Assembly (NCBI GenBank): GCA_913020725.1
Contig: CAJWCD010000075.1
Coordinates: 1 to 18,776, forward strand
DNA length: 18,776 nt
DNA from: an uncultured Pseudomonadota bacterium
GTDB taxonomy: Bacteria > SAR324 > NAC60-12
Reading direction: 5' to 3'
In this document: piece by piece, positions 16,463-18,776 of the stretch
Position numbering within the stretch: position 1 is the stretch's first letter
How the letters are laid out: each line of letters begins with the position of its first letter
The notes under the pieces: model-generated
The model's input: the letters and a program-made list of their open reading frames with translations, nothing else
Database searches by the model: none
Told to the model about the DNA's origin: nothing
Program-made: the position numbers and the translations under genes

Positions 16463-17047
16463 TCAGCGCAGGCCGTCCTCGCCTTTGACGTCCTCGTGTT
16501 GCAGACCACCCACACGAGCGTGGATGCGCCCGCCGGTGGTCATCACCAACCCGTAAATGATCTCATGCGCCCGTGGAGCGTCGTGCACACAGATCTGCAT
16601 CGCATCGAAGTGACTGCGGACATAGGCTGCGTTGATGTGGCCGATGGGGATGTCAAGGGTGCAGCCGGCCGCGCCCACCTTTTTCGCAGAGGGCACGATT
16701 GCCGCTGTGCCACCCAGCACTTCCCGCATTGCGTAACCTCCGGGGACGTGCCAAAGCGCTCCATGCTCCAACTCACCCTCGGTGCCGACAATTGCGCCCT
16801 TGCCATAGGCTTGGATCGCCTCCGGACCACCCAGCAGGTCAAGCAATTCCCCAGAGGCTTCCAGCCCGGCGGGTTTGAGCGCGTCCATCAGCGGCAGCAG
16901 GTCTGCCACATAGCGGCCTGCGTAGGGGTTTTTCATCACGATCAGCGCCGCCCCGCGCCGGACAGGCTGATCCGGGATTGGGCCGTTTTCGTGGCGGATG
17001 GTTTCAAGCGTGATGATGGTTTTGCGAATCTGAATCAGGTCTGTCAT
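16463..17047 (-). CDS. Amino acid synthesis family protein (DUF1185/AA_synth)
   Basis: NPYAGRY, AYGKGAIVG..GELEHGA, IVPSAKKVG, YVRSHFD, DAPRAHEI, RVGGL, terminal GEDGLR; start ATG 17047. Confidence 0.88.
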   Translation of the reverse strand: MTDLIQIRKTIITLETIRHENGPIPDQPVRRGAALIVMKNPYAGRYVADLLPLMDALKPAGLEASGELLDLLGGPEAIQAYGKGAIVGTEGELEHGALWHVPGGYAMREVLGGTAAIVPSAKKVGAAGCTLDIPIGHINAAYVRSHFDAMQICVHDAPRAHEIIYGLVMTTGGRIHARVGGLQHEDVKGEDGLR

Positions 17048-17894
17048 GGGTCTGTTGGGTTTGAGGGTTGGGAAAAATTCGGGTGGCTCCTTGTAAAGCC
17101 AAGTAAGCCGCCTCGATGCGTCCGGATTTCCGGAGTTGTTGAGCGTATTCTGCCCCACGAGCCAAAGCTGCGGACACTGCTTCGCAGGGCAGTTTCGGTA
17201 CGGACACCGTGACCAGCCGTGCGCCTAAATCGCTGTCGTCCGTCAGTTCGCAGGCGGGTTTGCGGATGATTCCGGGGTGGTCGGTGTTCACGGCTCCGGC
17301 GATCAAGGTTGCGGCAACATCCGCCTCTGCCGCCGTCCGCGCCAGCACCGTGACCGCATCGGCGATCCCGCAGGAAAACGAACGCCCGCGCCATCCAGAC
17401 GTGGCGAGGCCGCGCACTGGATCATCGTGATGCAGTTCCACCTGCGCGTTCAATCCCGGCAGTGCTGCATTGTTGACGACCCCCACCTGAAAGCACGCTC
17501 CTGCTTCCAGCATGAAGGCGATGTCACCGCCGTTGTTGACGTAGGCTCGCCGCAAGCTGCGCCCGGCGGTCAGCGCCTCCAGAATTTCCTCGGCCACGGC
17601 TCCTGCCACCGCCGCCATTGGAGTCACAAAACCATCGTGGTTCCGGACGGCGGCCACCATGCACTGCGCCATTGCGCCCTGCGGTGCTTTGGGCAGTTGC
17701 GTCACCTGCGTTCGCAGCAGCGGAAGCTCGCAGACCAGTTCCGCCAGCACCGTCCGGAAACGCTCGCGGGCCTGTTGATAGCTTACCAAAACCTCGGCAG
17801 CCACTCCAAAGCTTTCCACGATGAGGTCAATCGGGCCGTGGTGCAGGTGCAGTCTCCGGCCAGCGGTCAGGAGGTTTCCTTGCGGCTCAGACAT
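17004..17894 (-). CDS. UPF0280 family protein (ApbE-like superfamily)
   Basis: RLHLHHGPIDL, FVTPMAAVAGAVA, VNNGGDIA, ATSGWRGRSFSCGIADAVTVLA, DSDLG. Confidence 0.88.
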   Translation of the reverse strand: MSEPQGNLLTAGRRLHLHHGPIDLIVESFGVAAEVLVSYQQARERFRTVLAELVCELPLLRTQVTQLPKAPQGAMAQCMVAAVRNHDGFVTPMAAVAGAVAEEILEALTAGRSLRRAYVNNGGDIAFMLEAGACFQVGVVNNAALPGLNAQVELHHDDPVRGLATSGWRGRSFSCGIADAVTVLARTAAEADVAATLIAGAVNTDHPGIIRKPACELTDDSDLGARLVTVSVPKLPCEAVSAALARGAEYAQQLRKSGRIEAAYLALQGATRIFPNPQTQQTHDRPDSDSQNHHHA

Positions 17895-17908
17895 TGCGCG
17901 GTTTTCCT

Positions 17909-18071
17909 GTCGGGGTGAGAGAGACGCATCAAAAAATCACGGCTCTTCCGCTCATCCAAAAAATCGCCTGTTGGGAACTGAATCATGACCAGCCTCCGGG
18001 AAACAGGACAAAAAATGATCCGTGAACAAAGCCCATTGTATCATCAATCCATCGCAAAACACACATGAGCA
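17909..18071 (-). mobile_element. Left-end remnant of an IS1595-like element (terminal sequence, promoter, first ~26 transposase codons)
   Basis: ATG 17986 with SD GGAGG reads MIQFPTGDFLDERKSRDFLMRLSHPD, resembling the FPxxxLLDExxCxxxLxxxxHPDG N-terminus that precedes the zinc ribbon; extended -10 TGnTACAAT at 18043-18035; GCTCATGTGT at 18070-18061 is a candidate IR. Confidence 0.5.
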
Positions 18072-18129
18072 AAAATTTCAGGGTTATCCGCGACCCTTCG
18101 TGAAAATCCGTGGCCAATCCCAAAATCCC

Positions 18130-18158
18130 TTGCCCTGCCCCTCCTGTCGCGCTACACT
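18130..18158 (+). promoter_or_regulatory. Sigma70-type promoter
   Basis: TTGCCC-17 bp-TACACT upstream of SD GGAGG and ATG 18197. Confidence 0.55.
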
Positions 18159-18196
18159 CCGGAGAATCGTAAACTGCTCCCACCCACGGAGGCTCC

Positions 18197-18424
18197 ATGC
18201 GACGACGAACCCGACATTCCTGCACGTTTCGGCTGCTCCCGCTTGTCCTGCTGCTCGCCACTTTCCTCGTCCCACCGACCCTCGGCGCCGCCGAGCGCGG
18301 AGTCAAGCGCACCACGCTTGTCAGTTCCGCTCCGGTTGCGACGCCGTATCTGGCGGGGCTCTACCGCGCTCTGGTGATCGGCAATGACGACTACGACGAT
18401 CCGGAGCTGGTCGCGCCGGTGTGA
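18197..18424 (+). pseudogene. Truncated secreted caspase-family (peptidase C14) protein
   Basis: Signal-peptide-like N-terminus, then YRALVIGNDDY (first beta strand of the caspase fold); stops 9 residues later; no His-Gly or Asp-x-Cys catalytic motifs recognisable downstream. Confidence 0.7.
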
Positions 18425-18595
18425 AAGGAGGATGTGGCGGAGGGACAAGGACACACAACACCAGTGATTGCAGGGAATCTTTCCGAATAAGAGGAAATGT
18501 ACCGACAAATGATCGGGGCAGAAGCCATGATCGCGCCCTATTGAGTGCAGCACGTTTGGGAAGGCGAGCGTCCGCTCCTGACCTGCCGACCCGTG

Positions 18596-18631
18596 CCCCG
18601 GCACCCCACCCCACCCCCCGGCACCCCCCGG
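18596..18631. repeat. C-run/G-run low-complexity tract
   Basis: Five C-runs (4,4,4,6,6) with 1-4 nt spacers; CACCCCCCGG occurs twice in tandem (18612-18631). Confidence 0.85.
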
Positions 18632-18776
18632 CGCCGAGTCCAAGAATGTAAGTCCACTCCCCGACTAAACGGTTGGAGATCAAACCTTGGAACCGCAAGC
18701 CCTCTTGCATCCTTGCTCCAATTGTGGAATACTCCTGCCGCATACCTCCTCCACGCTTCATCCCAAGAGGCCCGAT

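Noticed and set aside
18086..18120. Degenerate ~10-bp periodic repeat (ATCCGCGACC/CTTCGTGAAA/ATCCGTGGCC)
   Set aside because: Resembles common intergenic ATCCGTG repeats but is too degenerate to call from one copy.
1..18776. CRISPR arrays, tRNA, rRNA or other housekeeping RNA genes
   Set aside because: No regularly spaced repeats or recognisable RNA gene signatures seen.

Overview
Moderately GC-rich bacterial chromosomal window; the taxon cannot be established from sequence alone. From the left: the 3' end of an IS30-family element and a REP-like doublet, then a minus-strand gene run (CcsA/YpjD-like membrane protein, polyprenyl-synthase homologue lacking both DDxxD motifs, dienoyl-CoA isomerase-type crotonase, decayed SWIM zinc-finger pseudogene, YdiJ-type FAD/Fe-S oxidoreductase). 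Next come a small lipoprotein, a stand-alone WGR-domain protein, an unlisted 32-aa membrane microprotein and trmFO. After trmFO an accessory-looking segment carries a Phd/YefM-VapC toxin-antitoxin pair, an N-terminally truncated membrane protein resembling the C-terminal half of PHTF/chemoreceptor-like 7TM channels, and a transposase remnant. A tight five-gene plus-strand operon follows (HpaR-like MarR regulator, PhyH dioxygenase, Cys-type sulfatase, second PhyH dioxygenase, aromatic L-amino acid decarboxylase). A convergent UPF0280 + DUF1185 pair sits behind an IS1595-like remnant, and the window ends in a truncated caspase-family gene and a G-quadruplex-prone tract. The best candidates for undescribed biology are the operon, the 7TM-like fragment, the degenerate prenyltransferase/CcsA pair and the microprotein-WGR unit. 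All family assignments come from motif recognition; no database search was run.
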